Assembly: GCA_047602405.1 (NCBI GenBank)
Contig: JASGHJ010000001.1
Span: 1,376,001-1,440,000, forward strand
Direction: 5' to 3'
DNA from: Anaeromyxobacteraceae bacterium
Lineage (GTDB): Bacteria; Myxococcota; Myxococcia; Myxococcales; Anaeromyxobacteraceae
Length of the DNA: 64,000 bases
The notes below the pieces were generated by a model. That model saw nothing but the letters and a program-made list of their open reading frames with translations. It did no database searches and was not told where the DNA came from. Positions within the stretch are counted from its first letter, which is position 1. Every line of letters begins with the position of its first letter. Positions 30,194 to 42,488 of the stretch are shown piece after piece. The position numbers and the translations under genes are program-made.

Positions 30194-30547
30194 TTAGACC
30201 TTCTTGCGGAGCGCGCGGACGATCTTCTCCTTCGTCCGGGACGGGCGGGGCGAGACGTGGCCGCGGGCCGGCGCGGGCCGGGCGACGACGCCCTCCTCCT
30301 GCCGCGCCTTCCACTTCAGGTAGACCTCGATCTCGGCGGCGAGGAGCTCGATGCCGAGGTCGCTGTCGACCTCGGCGGCGCGGGAGAGCGCCGCGTGGGC
30401 GGGAGGCGACGCCCCGAGCCGCATGCGGAGGACCTTGTCCTCGTCGGTCGAGAGGGTCCGCGCCGGGCCGCGCCGCAGGCGGGCCTGTGCGTGGCCCTCC
30501 GTCGCGAGCCCCACCGCCGACTTCCGCTTCGTCTCCATGGCCGCCAT
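30194..30547 (-). CDS. Small basic hypothetical protein with a sigma70 region-4.1-like motif
   Basis: Start at 30547 or 30538. TLSTDEDKVLRMRLG...SRTKEKIVRALRKKV. Confidence 0.65.
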   Translation of the reverse strand: MAAMETKRKSAVGLATEGHAQARLRRGPARTLSTDEDKVLRMRLGASPPAHAALSRAAEVDSDLGIELLAAEIEVYLKWKARQEEGVVARPAPARGHVSPRPSRTKEKIVRALRKKV

Positions 30548-30596
30548 GGTAGGCCCGCGGCCTGACGTGTCCAGTTTCGGCGTGCCCCCGAACCCC

Positions 30597-30654
30597 GGGT
30601 GCCGGACACGAGGTATCTGCCGGAAGTTACTGGGTTCGTGGGTGTCCGGCACCC
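30597..30654. repeat. Inverted pair of the 11-bp motif (13-bp arms, 32-bp loop), REP/REPIN-like
   Basis: GGGTGCCGGACAC (30597-30609) and GTGTCCGGCACCC (30642-30654). Confidence 0.85.
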
Positions 30655-30780
30655 CTGGCTGCCCCCTGGCTGCACCCCGGCTCCGGCGCTGGCGCACCTC
30701 GGGGCGCCGTGGGGCCGATCCCTCGGTCCGGGACACTTTTTCCCCTTGTCCGGGTGCGTCCGGCACCGCATCTCCCGGGC

Positions 30781-31245
30781 ATGGACGACTGGAAGCAGAA
30801 CCTCCTCGAGGACGACGCGCGCATCGCGGAGCTCCTCCGGACGACGCGGCGGGTGGCGGTGCTGGGCGTGAAGACCGAGGTGGCGGCGGGCCAGCCCGCG
30901 CACGACGTCCCGCGGTTCCTGCAGGCGGCCGGCCTCGAGATCGTGCCGGTGCCGGTCTACTACCCGGAGGCGAAGGAGATCCTCGGCCAGCCGGTCTTCC
31001 GCAAGGTGGCCGACGTGCCGGGCGCGATCGACGTGGTCGAGGTGTTTCGCCGGCCGCAGGACGTGCCGGGCCACCTCGACGACCTCCTCGCGAAGCGCCC
31101 GCGCGCGGTCTGGATGCAGCTCGGGATCCGCAACGACGCCGCCGCCGAGCGGCTCGCGCGCGCGGGGATCCTGGTCGTGCAGGACCGCTGCATGAAGGTG
31201 GAGTGGGCGCGGCTCGGGCCGCGCCGGGACGGCCGTCCGGCCTGA
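30781..31245 (+). CDS. CoA-binding domain protein (YccU-like)
   Basis: RVAVLG, IDVVEVFRR, AVWMQLGIRN..AA..L..AGI.VVQDRC. Confidence 0.9.
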   Translation: MDDWKQNLLEDDARIAELLRTTRRVAVLGVKTEVAAGQPAHDVPRFLQAAGLEIVPVPVYYPEAKEILGQPVFRKVADVPGAIDVVEVFRRPQDVPGHLDDLLAKRPRAVWMQLGIRNDAAAERLARAGILVVQDRCMKVEWARLGPRRDGRPA

Positions 31246-31281
31246 GCGGAGGGCGGCGGGGCGCGCCGGGAGACGGTACCG

Positions 31282-32289
31282 CTACCTCGCGGGCTCGTCG
31301 TCCTCCGGCCCCTTCTCGTCGGCCTCGGCCGCCTGGGCGCGGGTCTTGAGGCCGGCCGCCTCGAGGGCGGCGGCGACGCCGGGCGGCTTGCGCGCGTCGG
31401 GGAGCGGATCCTTCGGCGGCTTCACGCCGGCGACCGCGCCGCCGACCGCGCGCACCGCGCAGGCGAGCTCCACCTCGACGCGCGTCTGCGGCTGATCGCG
31501 CACGCCGAAGCTGGCCGACAGCTTCACGGCGAGCGGCGCGCCCGTCTCGGCGTCGACCAGGAGCTCGCCCGTGAGCGTGCGGGGCTCGTGGCCGTCGAGG
31601 AACGCGAGGCGCCGGGCGGTGTCGTCGTCCGCCGCGCCCGCCGAGGCGGGCCGCGCGGGCGCGGGCGGGGCCCACCGCGTCGTGTCGAGCGAGAGCGCGT
31701 GGCGCTTCGCGCGGCGGCCGAGGGCGGCGCCGTCGCCCGCCGCCGTGACGGTGAGGGCGGGGCCGGCGAGCCGCAGCACGTCGGCGGCGAGGCCGAGGCT
31801 CTCGTCGCGGAAGCGCTTCGCGTCGCGGCCGCGGTCGGTGGGCCGCTCGCGCCAGGGCGCGAACTCGCCGCGCGCGTAGGTCGCGCCGCCGGCCCAGATC
31901 ACGTGGCGGCCGGTGAGGCCGCCGGGGCCCCGGCCGCCGTCCACGACCGCGTCGACCTCGAACTCGCCCGTCGGGAGCTGCCGCAGCCGGTGGCGCTCGG
32001 TCGTGTGGATGCGCCGCGCGTCGTCGCCCTTCCGCGAGACGGTCCACTCCACCGTGCCCGCCCACTCGAACGACCCGAGCCGCCGCGCGAGCTCGTCGCC
32101 GTCCATGGCGATCGCCCGCTCCGGCGACGCAGGGGCGGTGGCCGCCTCGTGGGCCGCCTCGGCGCTGGCCTCCGCGTCGCGCGAGAAGATCCGCCTGCGC
32201 TCCCGGGCGTCCTCGCCGCGCGAGCAGGCGGAGGCCGCGAGGGCGAGCGCGAGGGTGCAGGCGAGCGTGGGGACGGAGGGCCGGCGCAT
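31282..32289 (-). CDS. Hypothetical lipoprotein
   Basis: ATG 32289, signal MRRPSVPTLACTLALALAASA-C. Coherent GC-rich codon use. Confidence 0.7.
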   Translation of the reverse strand: MRRPSVPTLACTLALALAASACSRGEDARERRRIFSRDAEASAEAAHEAATAPASPERAIAMDGDELARRLGSFEWAGTVEWTVSRKGDDARRIHTTERHRLRQLPTGEFEVDAVVDGGRGPGGLTGRHVIWAGGATYARGEFAPWRERPTDRGRDAKRFRDESLGLAADVLRLAGPALTVTAAGDGAALGRRAKRHALSLDTTRWAPPAPARPASAGAADDDTARRLAFLDGHEPRTLTGELLVDAETGAPLAVKLSASFGVRDQPQTRVEVELACAVRAVGGAVAGVKPPKDPLPDARKPPGVAAALEAAGLKTRAQAAEADEKGPEDDEPAR

Positions 32290-32494
32290 CGGGGAGGAGT
32301 AGGAACGCCGACTGTAGAACGGAAGCCCGCGGCGCGCCACGGGTTGCCCCGGCGTCCGTGGCGCCAGCCGCGGCAGCCACGGCCGGGTGCCGGACACGAG
32401 GGGGCCGGTGCCGGACACACCCGAGGAGCCCCGTCCCGCCCGGTCCGGCCGCAAACGGGCGGAGCCCGCGGGAGCGGGGTAAGCTCGCCCCCGA

Positions 32495-34051
32495 ATGGAA
32501 CCGGTCGCTCAGAACGTGGAGAGCCCGGCCCCGGCCCCCGGGAGCCAGGCGGGCGCCCGCCCGAGGGCCGACACGCGCCTGCACCGCAGGGTCGCGCTCG
32601 TGACCGCCGGCGTGCTCGCCGTCGCGGTCTCGGCGGTGACCCTCTCCTCGTACCTCAGCATGCGCGACCAGCTCCTCGGCGCGCTCCAGCAGAAGGCCAC
32701 CGCGCTCGTCGACGGCGGCGCCATCGCCCTCTCCTCCGACGCCATCCTCACGAAGGTCCGCGCGCAATCCTGGTGCGATCAGCTCGGCGACCGCGAGTGG
32801 GACCTCGCCTACGTGCTCGTGCGCGACCCCGCGGGCCGCGTCATCGCGTCGGTCTCCTCGCCGGGGTTCGAGACCGAGCGCGAGCGCGACGAGACCACCC
32901 ACACCCGCGGCCTCATCCCCGAGCCGGTCGGCGGGTCCATCGAGCTCGGCCTCGACCGCAAGACGACGCTCTCCCGCGCCCGCTCCACGCTCTGGGACGC
33001 CATCCAGATCGGGGTGGTGCTGCTCGTCGTCTTCGCCGCCTTCGGCGGGTGGGCGACGCTCTCGCTCATCGGCCGCGTCGGCAAGGTCGCCGAGACGGCC
33101 TCGCTGCTCGCGCGCGGCGACCTGCGCGTCGTGCCCCAGGTCCAGGGCGACGACGAGATCGGCTCGCTCGGCCGCAGCATGGAGGAGCTCGTGCAGGGCC
33201 TCCGCCGGACGGTCGGCGACCTGCAGGGCGCGTCGGAGGCGATCGGCCGCCAGGCGCTCGCGGTCGCCGAGACCGCCGCGGCGCAGCTCGGCTTCACCCG
33301 CGAGCAGGCCAGCGCCCTCGACCGCGCGAGCGCGCAGGTGCGCGAGGTCTCCCAGGCCTCCCGCCAGGCGGCGGAGTCCGCCCGCTACGTGATCGACGTC
33401 GCCGATCGCTCCGAGACGCTCTGGAAGGACGGCGGGGCCGCGGTGCAGGAGGGGCTCCTCGGCCTGAAGGAGCTCGACGGCCGGGTCGCCGACATCGCGC
33501 TCGCGGTGACCGAGCTCTCCGAGCGCATGGTCGAGATCGCGGGCACCGTCTCCACGCTGCGCGACCTCGCCGAGCAGACGAACGTGCTCGCGCTCAACGC
33601 CTCCATCGAGGCCTCCAAGGTCGGCGAGGAGGGCAAGGGCTTCGCGGTCGTGGCGGGCGAGATGCGCAAGCTCGCGGAGCGCTCGCGGCGCTCGGCCGAG
33701 GAGGTGCGCGGCGCGCTCGCCGAGCTGCAGCGCTCGACGCGCCAGGTGGTGACGGCGACCCAGGGCGGCTCGGAGCGCGCCCGGAGCGCGGTCGCCGGCG
33801 CCGAGCGCGCCGAGTCGACCATCTCGGCGCTCGCGACCGCGCTCGAGGACACCTCGAAGGCCGCCCGCGGCATCGCCGACGTGAGCCGCCGGCAGGCCGA
33901 CGAGATGGACCGGATCGCGGGCTCCGGCGAGGAGCTCCGCACGAAGATGTCGCAGACGCTCGACGGCGCCGAGCGCCTCAAGCACACCGCCGGCGACATG
34001 ACCCGCGTGGCCTCGCGCCTCGCCTCGCTCGTCGCGGCGTACCGCCGCTAG
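32495..34051 (+). CDS. Methyl-accepting chemotaxis protein
   Basis: Two TM segments, HAMP (DEIGSLGRSM), signalling motif LAEQTNVLALNASIEA..GEEGKGFAVVA.E.RKLAERS. Confidence 0.92.
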   Translation: MEPVAQNVESPAPAPGSQAGARPRADTRLHRRVALVTAGVLAVAVSAVTLSSYLSMRDQLLGALQQKATALVDGGAIALSSDAILTKVRAQSWCDQLGDREWDLAYVLVRDPAGRVIASVSSPGFETERERDETTHTRGLIPEPVGGSIELGLDRKTTLSRARSTLWDAIQIGVVLLVVFAAFGGWATLSLIGRVGKVAETASLLARGDLRVVPQVQGDDEIGSLGRSMEELVQGLRRTVGDLQGASEAIGRQALAVAETAAAQLGFTREQASALDRASAQVREVSQASRQAAESARYVIDVADRSETLWKDGGAAVQEGLLGLKELDGRVADIALAVTELSERMVEIAGTVSTLRDLAEQTNVLALNASIEASKVGEEGKGFAVVAGEMRKLAERSRRSAEEVRGALAELQRSTRQVVTATQGGSERARSAVAGAERAESTISALATALEDTSKAARGIADVSRRQADEMDRIAGSGEELRTKMSQTLDGAERLKHTAGDMTRVASRLASLVAAYRR

Positions 34052-34052
34052 C

Positions 34053-35870
<1,818 letters not shown>

Positions 35871-35958
35871 GTTCCTCCAGGGCCAAGTCTAGCCACGCCC
35901 GGCGCCGGGATCGAGCGGAACGGCGGCCGCCCGTCGGGCCCGCGTGTCCGGCACCGGG

Positions 35959-37594
35959 CTAACCCCCGGCGACGAGGAGCTGGGCCAGCACGAGCTTCGC
36001 GAGCGTCGCGGCCGGGTAGGTCGCCGCGTAGCCCACGCTCGGGATGTCGTTCCCGGTCCGCTCGAGGGCGTGGCCGAGGACCGCCGGCTGGGTGTGGATC
36101 CCGGCCACCATGCCCATCGCGAGGCTCATCGGGATCTCGAGGAGCCGGTGGGCGACCCACAGCGCGGCGAGCGCGGTCGCGAAGGTGATCGCCACGCCGG
36201 CGCCGAGCAGCACGAGCCCCCGGGTGCCCGAGAAGGTCGCGAGGAAGCCCGAGCCGGCGCGGGTGCCGATCCCCGCCAGGAACAGGATGAGGCCGATCTG
36301 CCGGAGCGCGACGCTCGCCGAGAAGGGCAGGGTCCAGACGCGTCCGGCGGTGCGGTCGAGCGTGCCCGCGAGGAGCGCCACCACGAGCGGGCCGCCCGCG
36401 AAGCCGAGCGAGACGGTGACCCCGCCGGGGAGCGGGATGGGCACCATGCCGAGCGCGAGCCCGAGCGCGAGCCCTGCCGCGAAGGAGAGGATGTCGACCT
36501 CGCTCGCCGCCCGGTAGGAGTCGCCGAAGTAGGCCGTGACCGCCGGGAGATTGCGGACCGCGGCGAGCACCCGCACCCGGTCGCCGAGCTCGAGGCGCAT
36601 GTCGTCGGAAGGCAGGAGGTCCACGTCCCCGCGGCGCACGCGGGTCACCACCGCGCCGAGCGTGTGGGCGAGGTCGAGGTCCTTGAGCGGCCGCCCGGCG
36701 ACCTCCGGGCTCGACACGAAGATCCGCCTCAGGTCGAAGGCGCGGCGGTCGAGGTCGAGCCGCTCCTCGCTGCGCCGGCCGAGCCGCGCGATCACGCGCT
36801 CGAGCTCCGCCTCGGTGCCGACCACCGTGACGAGGTCGCCCCGCCGGAGGCGCGCCTCGGGCGCGACGAGCTGCAGCTCCGCGCCGCGGCGCATGCGGCT
36901 GAAGATGACCCGCCAGCGCAGGCCGCGGACGAGCTCCTCGACGGTGAGCGCGCCCATGTCCTCGGCGACCTCCACGGTCGCGCTCGCGAGCGGCTCGTTC
37001 GCCGCGCCCAGCTCGGCGAGCCGCTTCGCCTCGGCGGCGAGGTCGGGCTTCCAGAGCGCGGCGCCCAGCCGGAGCGCGAGCACCACGCCCGCGACGCCGA
37101 GCGGGTAGCAGATGGAGTAGGCGACGACCGGCTCGGAGACCACCCGGCCCGGGCTCGCGGCGCGCAGCGACTCGACCGCCGCGGCGAGGGCGGGGGTGTT
37201 GGTGAGGGCGCCCGCGAAGAGGCCGGCGGCGGTGCCGCGGTCGAGCCCGAGCGCCGCGCGCAGGGCCGCGACGCCCACCGCGGCGACCGCGACCACGCCG
37301 ACCGCGAGGAGCGAGTCGCGCAGCCCGTCGCGGCGGAGCGAGGCCACGAACGCGCGGCCCGACGAGAGGCCGACCGTGTAGACGAAGATCGCGAGCCCGA
37401 GCATGTAGACGATCTCGGGGAGCGCGAGGCTCGGGTCGACGGCGCCGGCGGCGAGGCCCACGAAGAGGCACCGCCGCCACGCCGAGCTCGCTGCCGCGCA
37501 GGCGCAGCCGGCCGAGCGGGTACCCCACCGCCGCCACCAGGAAGAGGAGGAGGAGGGGGTTCTTCGCGAGGAGCGGGACGAGCAGGTCCTTCAC
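35959..37594 (-). pseudogene. Aspartate:alanine exchanger (YidE/YbjL) family transporter, frameshifted as assembled at about 37467
   Basis: N-terminus MKDLLVPLLAKNPLLLLF...LGVAAV continues as LFVGLAAG...GALTNTPAL if one C is removed. Two TrkA-C-like domains, GIHTQPAVL. Confidence 0.85.
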
Positions 37595-37663
37595 GGGCGG
37601 GCGAGTCTACGCCGGGTCGGGCCCGGGGCCACGCGCCCGTTTGGCGCGGGCGGTCCGGCGGGG

Positions 37664-37960
37664 TCAGTTGTTCTCGTCGAGCGGGCCGAGGTCGGCCCGG
37701 GAGTCGATGCCGAGGTAGCGCAGGAGCCGGACGTGGTGGCGCCGCAGGCCGCGGACGGCGACCTTGCCGCGCCCCTTCGCGAGCGCCTGGGCGAGCACCG
37801 CGACGCCGAAGTCGTGAAACTCGCGGACGCCGGTGAGGTCCACCTCGAGCTGCTCCTCCGGACGCGCCGCGATGACCGCGTCGGCCACCCGGCGCGCGGC
37901 CGGCAGGTCGAACGTGCCTTCGAGGCGGAGCACCCGCGAGGTCTTGCCCTGTTCGTCCAC
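37664..37960 (-). CDS. STAS-domain protein
   Basis: LRLEGTFD, VDLTGVREFHDFGVAVL, VRGLRRHHVRLLRYLG. GTG start uncertain. Confidence 0.72.
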   Translation of the reverse strand: MDEQGKTSRVLRLEGTFDLPAARRVADAVIAARPEEQLEVDLTGVREFHDFGVAVLAQALAKGRGKVAVRGLRRHHVRLLRYLGIDSRADLGPLDENN

Positions 37961-38216
37961 GTGCCTGTCCGGCACCGCAGCGTGGAAGATCCATGCCGGG
38001 GTGAGCGCATGTGCGCGGAGGGGCGGCCAGCGTGGAAAGGGGCACGGCAGCCGGGGCTTGAGGGTGTCCGGCACCCGCGGTCCGGCTCGCCCGGACGGCC
38101 GGATCGGTCGACCCTGGGTCGAGTGGCACCGGGTCTCGGGTGGTGTCCGGCACCCGCAGCTCTGGCGCTGGCGGTGAGGTCGGTGCCCGGCGGGGTGTGT
38201 GCAGACGGGGCGGGTC

Positions 38217-39317
38217 CTACGGCTGGCCGGCCGGCGCCGGAGGTGCCGGACGCGGCTCCCCCGCCTTCTCGCAGCCCTCGAAGAGCTGCTCGACGCGGTC
38301 GCCCGCGAGCGCCATCTCCACCGAGAAGCTGCCCTTGTCGTCGAGGACCCTCGCGTGCTCGAGGAGCTCCGCCATGCGCCGGTCGTCCCTCGCCTGGGCC
38401 TCGACGCGCGCCGCCGCGAGCGCGCCGCCGATGGACCGCGCGATGTCCGAGAGCCCGGCGCCGTCGTCGCCGCGCACGCGCACGACGGACGCGACGTCGT
38501 TCATCGCGTCCACGTGGAACTCGACCCGGGACGCCGCGGCGGCGATCCGCTGCGCGAGCTCGGGATCCTTCTGGCCGAAGAGCCGCTGGACGGCGGTGCC
38601 GGGCACGACCCCGTACGCCTCGCCGTACGCCATGTCCTCGGGGATGCCGGTCTCGGGCGCCGGGGCGCGGCCCTCGAGCTGGTCGATGGAGCGCCGCAGG
38701 GACGCCTCGTCGCCCATGAGGACGAGGCCGTCGCCCCAGGTCGCGATGGCCGGCCCGCTCCCGCCGCCCCGCTGCCGGTAGAGGCGGCCGCCGTCGCCAT
38801 AGGACGAGGCGTCCGTGTTCCGCTCCAGCTGATCGCGCCGCATCCGGTCGAAGAAGCCCGACACGACCACGCTGTCGCCCGCGAAGCCGACGCGGTCGAC
38901 GTCCTTCAGCGGGTCGACGCCGATCTCCCGCTCGATCTTCGCGAACGTGTCCGGATCCCGCGCGAGCAGGCACGCGACGAGCCGCTCGCCGAGGCGCGAA
39001 TGCCGGAGCGCGTTCGCCTCGAGCACCACGACCGGCCGGTCGGCCGTGACGGGCAACGACACGAGGAAGGGATCGCGCCGGGGGGGCTCGGCCTGCGCGG
39101 GGCCCGGGCCGGGCGCCTGGGGGAGCACCAGCGTCGCCCGCGCGCGGGCGCGCTCCTCCTCGGCGGGGCGCATGTGGGACGGGAAGTCGACGCGCGTCCG
39201 CGTGGTCGGCGCCGGCTCGCGTTCGCCGAGCGAGAGCACGAGGGCCCCGAGGACGAGGAGCAGCGCGGCGAGCGCGATCCAGCGGAGGCGGCGGCTGCGG
39301 CTCTGCTTCGGGTCCAT
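38217..39317 (-). CDS. Membrane-anchored hypothetical protein, third gene of the ABC exporter operon
   Basis: ATG 39317 just after the permease stop. N-terminal TM WIALAALLLVLGALVLSL. Confidence 0.72.
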   Translation of the reverse strand: MDPKQSRSRRLRWIALAALLLVLGALVLSLGEREPAPTTRTRVDFPSHMRPAEEERARARATLVLPQAPGPGPAQAEPPRRDPFLVSLPVTADRPVVVLEANALRHSRLGERLVACLLARDPDTFAKIEREIGVDPLKDVDRVGFAGDSVVVSGFFDRMRRDQLERNTDASSYGDGGRLYRQRGGGSGPAIATWGDGLVLMGDEASLRRSIDQLEGRAPAPETGIPEDMAYGEAYGVVPGTAVQRLFGQKDPELAQRIAAAASRVEFHVDAMNDVASVVRVRGDDGAGLSDIARSIGGALAAARVEAQARDDRRMAELLEHARVLDDKGSFSVEMALAGDRVEQLFEGCEKAGEPRPAPPAPAGQP

Positions 39318-39319
39318 CG

Positions 39320-40156
39320 CTAGAAGTCCTTCCGGTCGAAGAGGGCCACGGCGCCGGCGAGCGCGGCCCCGGCGAAGAGCAGCGCCCCCGCGACCTGCAC
39401 CGCGACCTGCCGGGCGTCGAGCGGCGCCGCGATCGCCACCTGCGCTGCGTGGCGGGCGAGCTCCGAGATGCGCGGCAGGGGCGACGTGAGGACCAGGAAG
39501 GCCGCCCGGGAGAGCCCCGGGGAGAAGAGCGGCGCGAGGGTGGCGCGCTGCCCGGCGACGATGCCGAGGACCAGCAGCGCGGCGCCGGCGCCCGCCGAGA
39601 GCGCCGCCGAGCGCGCGGCCATCGCGGCGAGGATCATGACCGCGTACACCGCCGTGAAGCCCACCGCCGAGAACGCGGCGGCGGCCACCGGGCCCCAGTC
39701 GAAGAACCCGGACTTCACCCAGATGATGAGCGAGAGCCCGAGGCCTCCGTAGAGCGCCCCGCCGAACACCAGCGTGAGGACGCCGAGGAAGGTGCCGGAC
39801 ACGAGCTCGGAGCGGCGGACCGGCAGGGACAGCAGGTGCTCGATCCGGCCGGGGGCGAGCAGCGTCGGCGCGAAGTCGGCGCAGGCCAGGACGCCGAAGA
39901 ACGCGCCGCCGTAGAAGACGACGTACGAGAGCCCCTCGAAGAGGGGCCGGAGCGCGACGTCCACGGAGCGGATCTCGTGGGTGTGCGGCCCGCCCGAGAG
40001 GAACCGCGAGGCCGCGAGCGCGCCGTCGACGACCTCGAGCTCGAGCCCGAAGCCGACCAGCAGGAGGAGCCCGGTGACCGCGACCCCGAGCGCGAGCACC
40101 CAGCGCCGGGCGCGGGCCTCCCGGAGGAGATCGCGGGCGACGGCGAGCGTCCTCAT
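39320..40156 (-). CDS. ABC-2 type transporter permease
   Basis: Six hydrophobic segments, GRIEHLLSLPVRRSEL..G.FLG, C-terminal F.RKDF. Confidence 0.85.
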   Translation of the reverse strand: MRTLAVARDLLREARARRWVLALGVAVTGLLLLVGFGLELEVVDGALAASRFLSGGPHTHEIRSVDVALRPLFEGLSYVVFYGGAFFGVLACADFAPTLLAPGRIEHLLSLPVRRSELVSGTFLGVLTLVFGGALYGGLGLSLIIWVKSGFFDWGPVAAAAFSAVGFTAVYAVMILAAMAARSAALSAGAGAALLVLGIVAGQRATLAPLFSPGLSRAAFLVLTSPLPRISELARHAAQVAIAAPLDARQVAVQVAGALLFAGAALAGAVALFDRKDF

Positions 40157-41088
40157 GCGGCCTTCCCTCCCGCTCCCGGCGGGCTCCCGGACGAGATCGC
40201 CGCCGCGAGCACGTCCTCGAGGTCGCGGGACTCCGCCGTGAGCTCGACCACGAGCGCCCCGGCGTCGCGGGCCTGGTCGAGCGCCAGGTTGAGCGCCTCG
40301 GGGCCCTCCCCGGCGAACCGGTGCGCACCCTGCGTGTCCGGCACGAAGCCGGCGGCCTCGAGCGCCGGCCCGGGGGCGCCCGGCGCGAACCGGACCCGCC
40401 AGGCCGGGCGGGTCGCGGTGAGCGCATCGAGCGGCCCCTCGCGGACGATGCGACCGCCCACGAGGATCCCGACGCGGCCGCAGATGCGCTCGGTCTCCGC
40501 GAGGAGGTGGCTGTTGAGGAGGAGGGTCGCGCCGCGCGCGAGGGCCCGGCCGAGGAGGTTGCGGACCTCGACCCGGCCGATGGGGTCGAGGCCGTCGGTC
40601 GGCTCGTCGAGCACGAGGAGCTCGGGGTCACCCACGAGCGCGGCGGCGAGCCCCACCCGCTGGCGCATGCCCTTCGAGAAGCCGCCGGTCCGCCGGCGGG
40701 CCGCCTCGGCCACCCCGACCTCCTCGAGGAGCCGGAGCGCACCCCCGGGCCCGAGCCGGACACCCTTCATGCGCGCGACGCTCTCCAGGATCTCGAGCGG
40801 GGTCCACGCGGGCGAGAGGCGGAGCCGCTCGGGCAGGTAGCCCACCCGCGCGCGGACCTTCGGGTCCTCGGGGTCCCCGCCCAGGAGCCGGACGGTGCCG
40901 GACGTGGGCCGGACCACCCCGAGGAGCGCCTTCACGAAGGTCGTCTTGCCGGCGCCGTTCGGACCGATCAGGCCGAACGCGGTGCCGCCGGGGATGGCGA
41001 GGTCGAGCCCGCGCAGGGCGTCCTGCCCGCCCCGCCCGAGCAGGCCGGCGTACCGCTTCGTCAGTCCCTGGGCCTCGATCGCCAGCAC
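40153..41088 (-). CDS. ABC transporter ATP-binding protein
   Basis: GPNGAGKTT, FSKGMRQR, LDEPTDGLDP, NSH. Start near GTG 41088. Confidence 0.9.
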   Translation of the reverse strand: MLAIEAQGLTKRYAGLLGRGGQDALRGLDLAIPGGTAFGLIGPNGAGKTTFVKALLGVVRPTSGTVRLLGGDPEDPKVRARVGYLPERLRLSPAWTPLEILESVARMKGVRLGPGGALRLLEEVGVAEAARRRTGGFSKGMRQRVGLAAALVGDPELLVLDEPTDGLDPIGRVEVRNLLGRALARGATLLLNSHLLAETERICGRVGILVGGRIVREGPLDALTATRPAWRVRFAPGAPGPALEAAGFVPDTQGAHRFAGEGPEALNLALDQARDAGALVVELTAESRDLEDVLAAAISSGSPPGAGGKAA

Positions 41089-41202
41089 GTCCAGGCATCC
41101 TACGTCGTCCGGCGCCACGGAATTTCGCCGTGTCCGGCACCACCGGTTTCGCCGCGGGCCGCCTCGACTCCTGACCGGGACTCTGCTTGACTCCGGGCAC
41201 GC

Positions 41203-42475
41203 ATGAAGCCCTCCGCCCCCCGCTCCGGAGTGCCGGGCGCGTCGGTCGTGCTCGGCCCGGCCGTGGTCGTCGCGGCCCTCGGCTACTTCGTCGACATCTA
41301 CGACCTCATCCTGTTCAACATCGTGCGCATCCCGAGCCTCACCGCGCTCGGGGTGCCCAGGGCGGAGCTCATCGACGTCGGCGCCAGCATCATCAACTGG
41401 CAGATGACGGGGATGCTGCTGGGCGGGATCGGGTTCGGGATCATCGGCGACAAGATCGGACGCCTGCAGATCCTGTTCGGCTCGATCACGCTCTACTCGA
41501 TCGCCACGATCGCGAACGGGTTCGTGGGCATGCAGGACGTCCTGCCCGCGCTCTGGGAGTACCGCGCCCTGCGGTTCGTCGCCGGGGTGGGGCTCGCGGG
41601 CGAGCTCGGCGCCGGCGTCACGCTCGTCGCGGAGGTGCTGCCCGCGCGCCTGCGGGGCTACGGCACGATGCTCGTCGCCTCCGTCGGGGTGTCCGGGGCG
41701 GTGGTCGCGAACCTCGTCGCGAAGCACATGGACTGGCGCATCGCGTACTGGGTGGGCGGCGGGCTCGGCCTCGTGCTCCTCATCCTGCGGATCGGCGTGC
41801 GCGAGTCGTCCATGTTCGACCGGGTGAAGGGCGCCGCGGGCGTCCGGCGGGGCCACTTCCTCGAGCTCTTCACGAGCGGCAAGCGGCTCGGGAAGTACGC
41901 CGCGTCGATCCTCATCGGCGTGCCGATCTGGTTCTCGAACCGAGATCCTCATCGCCTACTCGCCGGAGTTCGCGCCCGCCCTCGGCGTCACCGGCCCGAT
42001 CTCGGCCGGGGACGCGGTGATGATGTTCTACGGCGGGCTCGTGGTCGGCGACCTCACGAGCGGCATGCTCTCCCAGGCGCTGCACTCGCGCCGCAAGGTG
42101 GTGCTGTCGTTCGTGCTCGCGCTGCTCGGCGCGAACGTCCTCTACTTCGTGCTCGGCCGCGGGGCTTCGCCCGGGCTCTTCCTCGCCCTGTGTGGCCTCC
42201 TCGGGTTCACCGGCGGGTACTGGGCGATCTTCATCACCATCGCGGCGGAGCAGTTCGGGACCAACATCCGCGCGACCGTCGCCACCACCGTGCCGAACTT
42301 CGTGCGCGGCCTCGTGGTGGTCGTGAACGCGATGTTCCTCGCGACGAAGGGCTCCCTCGGCCTCGCCGGCGCGGCCGCCGCGGTGGGCGCGGTCTGGTTC
42401 ACCGCCGCGCTCGTCGCCGCGTACGGGCTGCGGGAGACGTTCGGCATCGACCTCGACTACGTCGAGCCGGACTAG
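41203..42475 (+). pseudogene. MFS transporter, frameshifted as assembled at about 41940
   Basis: GYFVDIYD, GDKIGR, RFVAGVGLAGE. Removing one C from AACCGAGATC gives NEILIAYSPEF, continuing to AEQFGTNIRAT...LRETFG. Confidence 0.85.
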
Positions 42476-42488
42476 CGCCGGAGGTCCC

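Noticed and set aside
41931..41950. Programmed frameshifting at the split genes
   Set aside because: No slippery heptamers or long homopolymers, and the families are not known for recoding. A single-base error explains each case.
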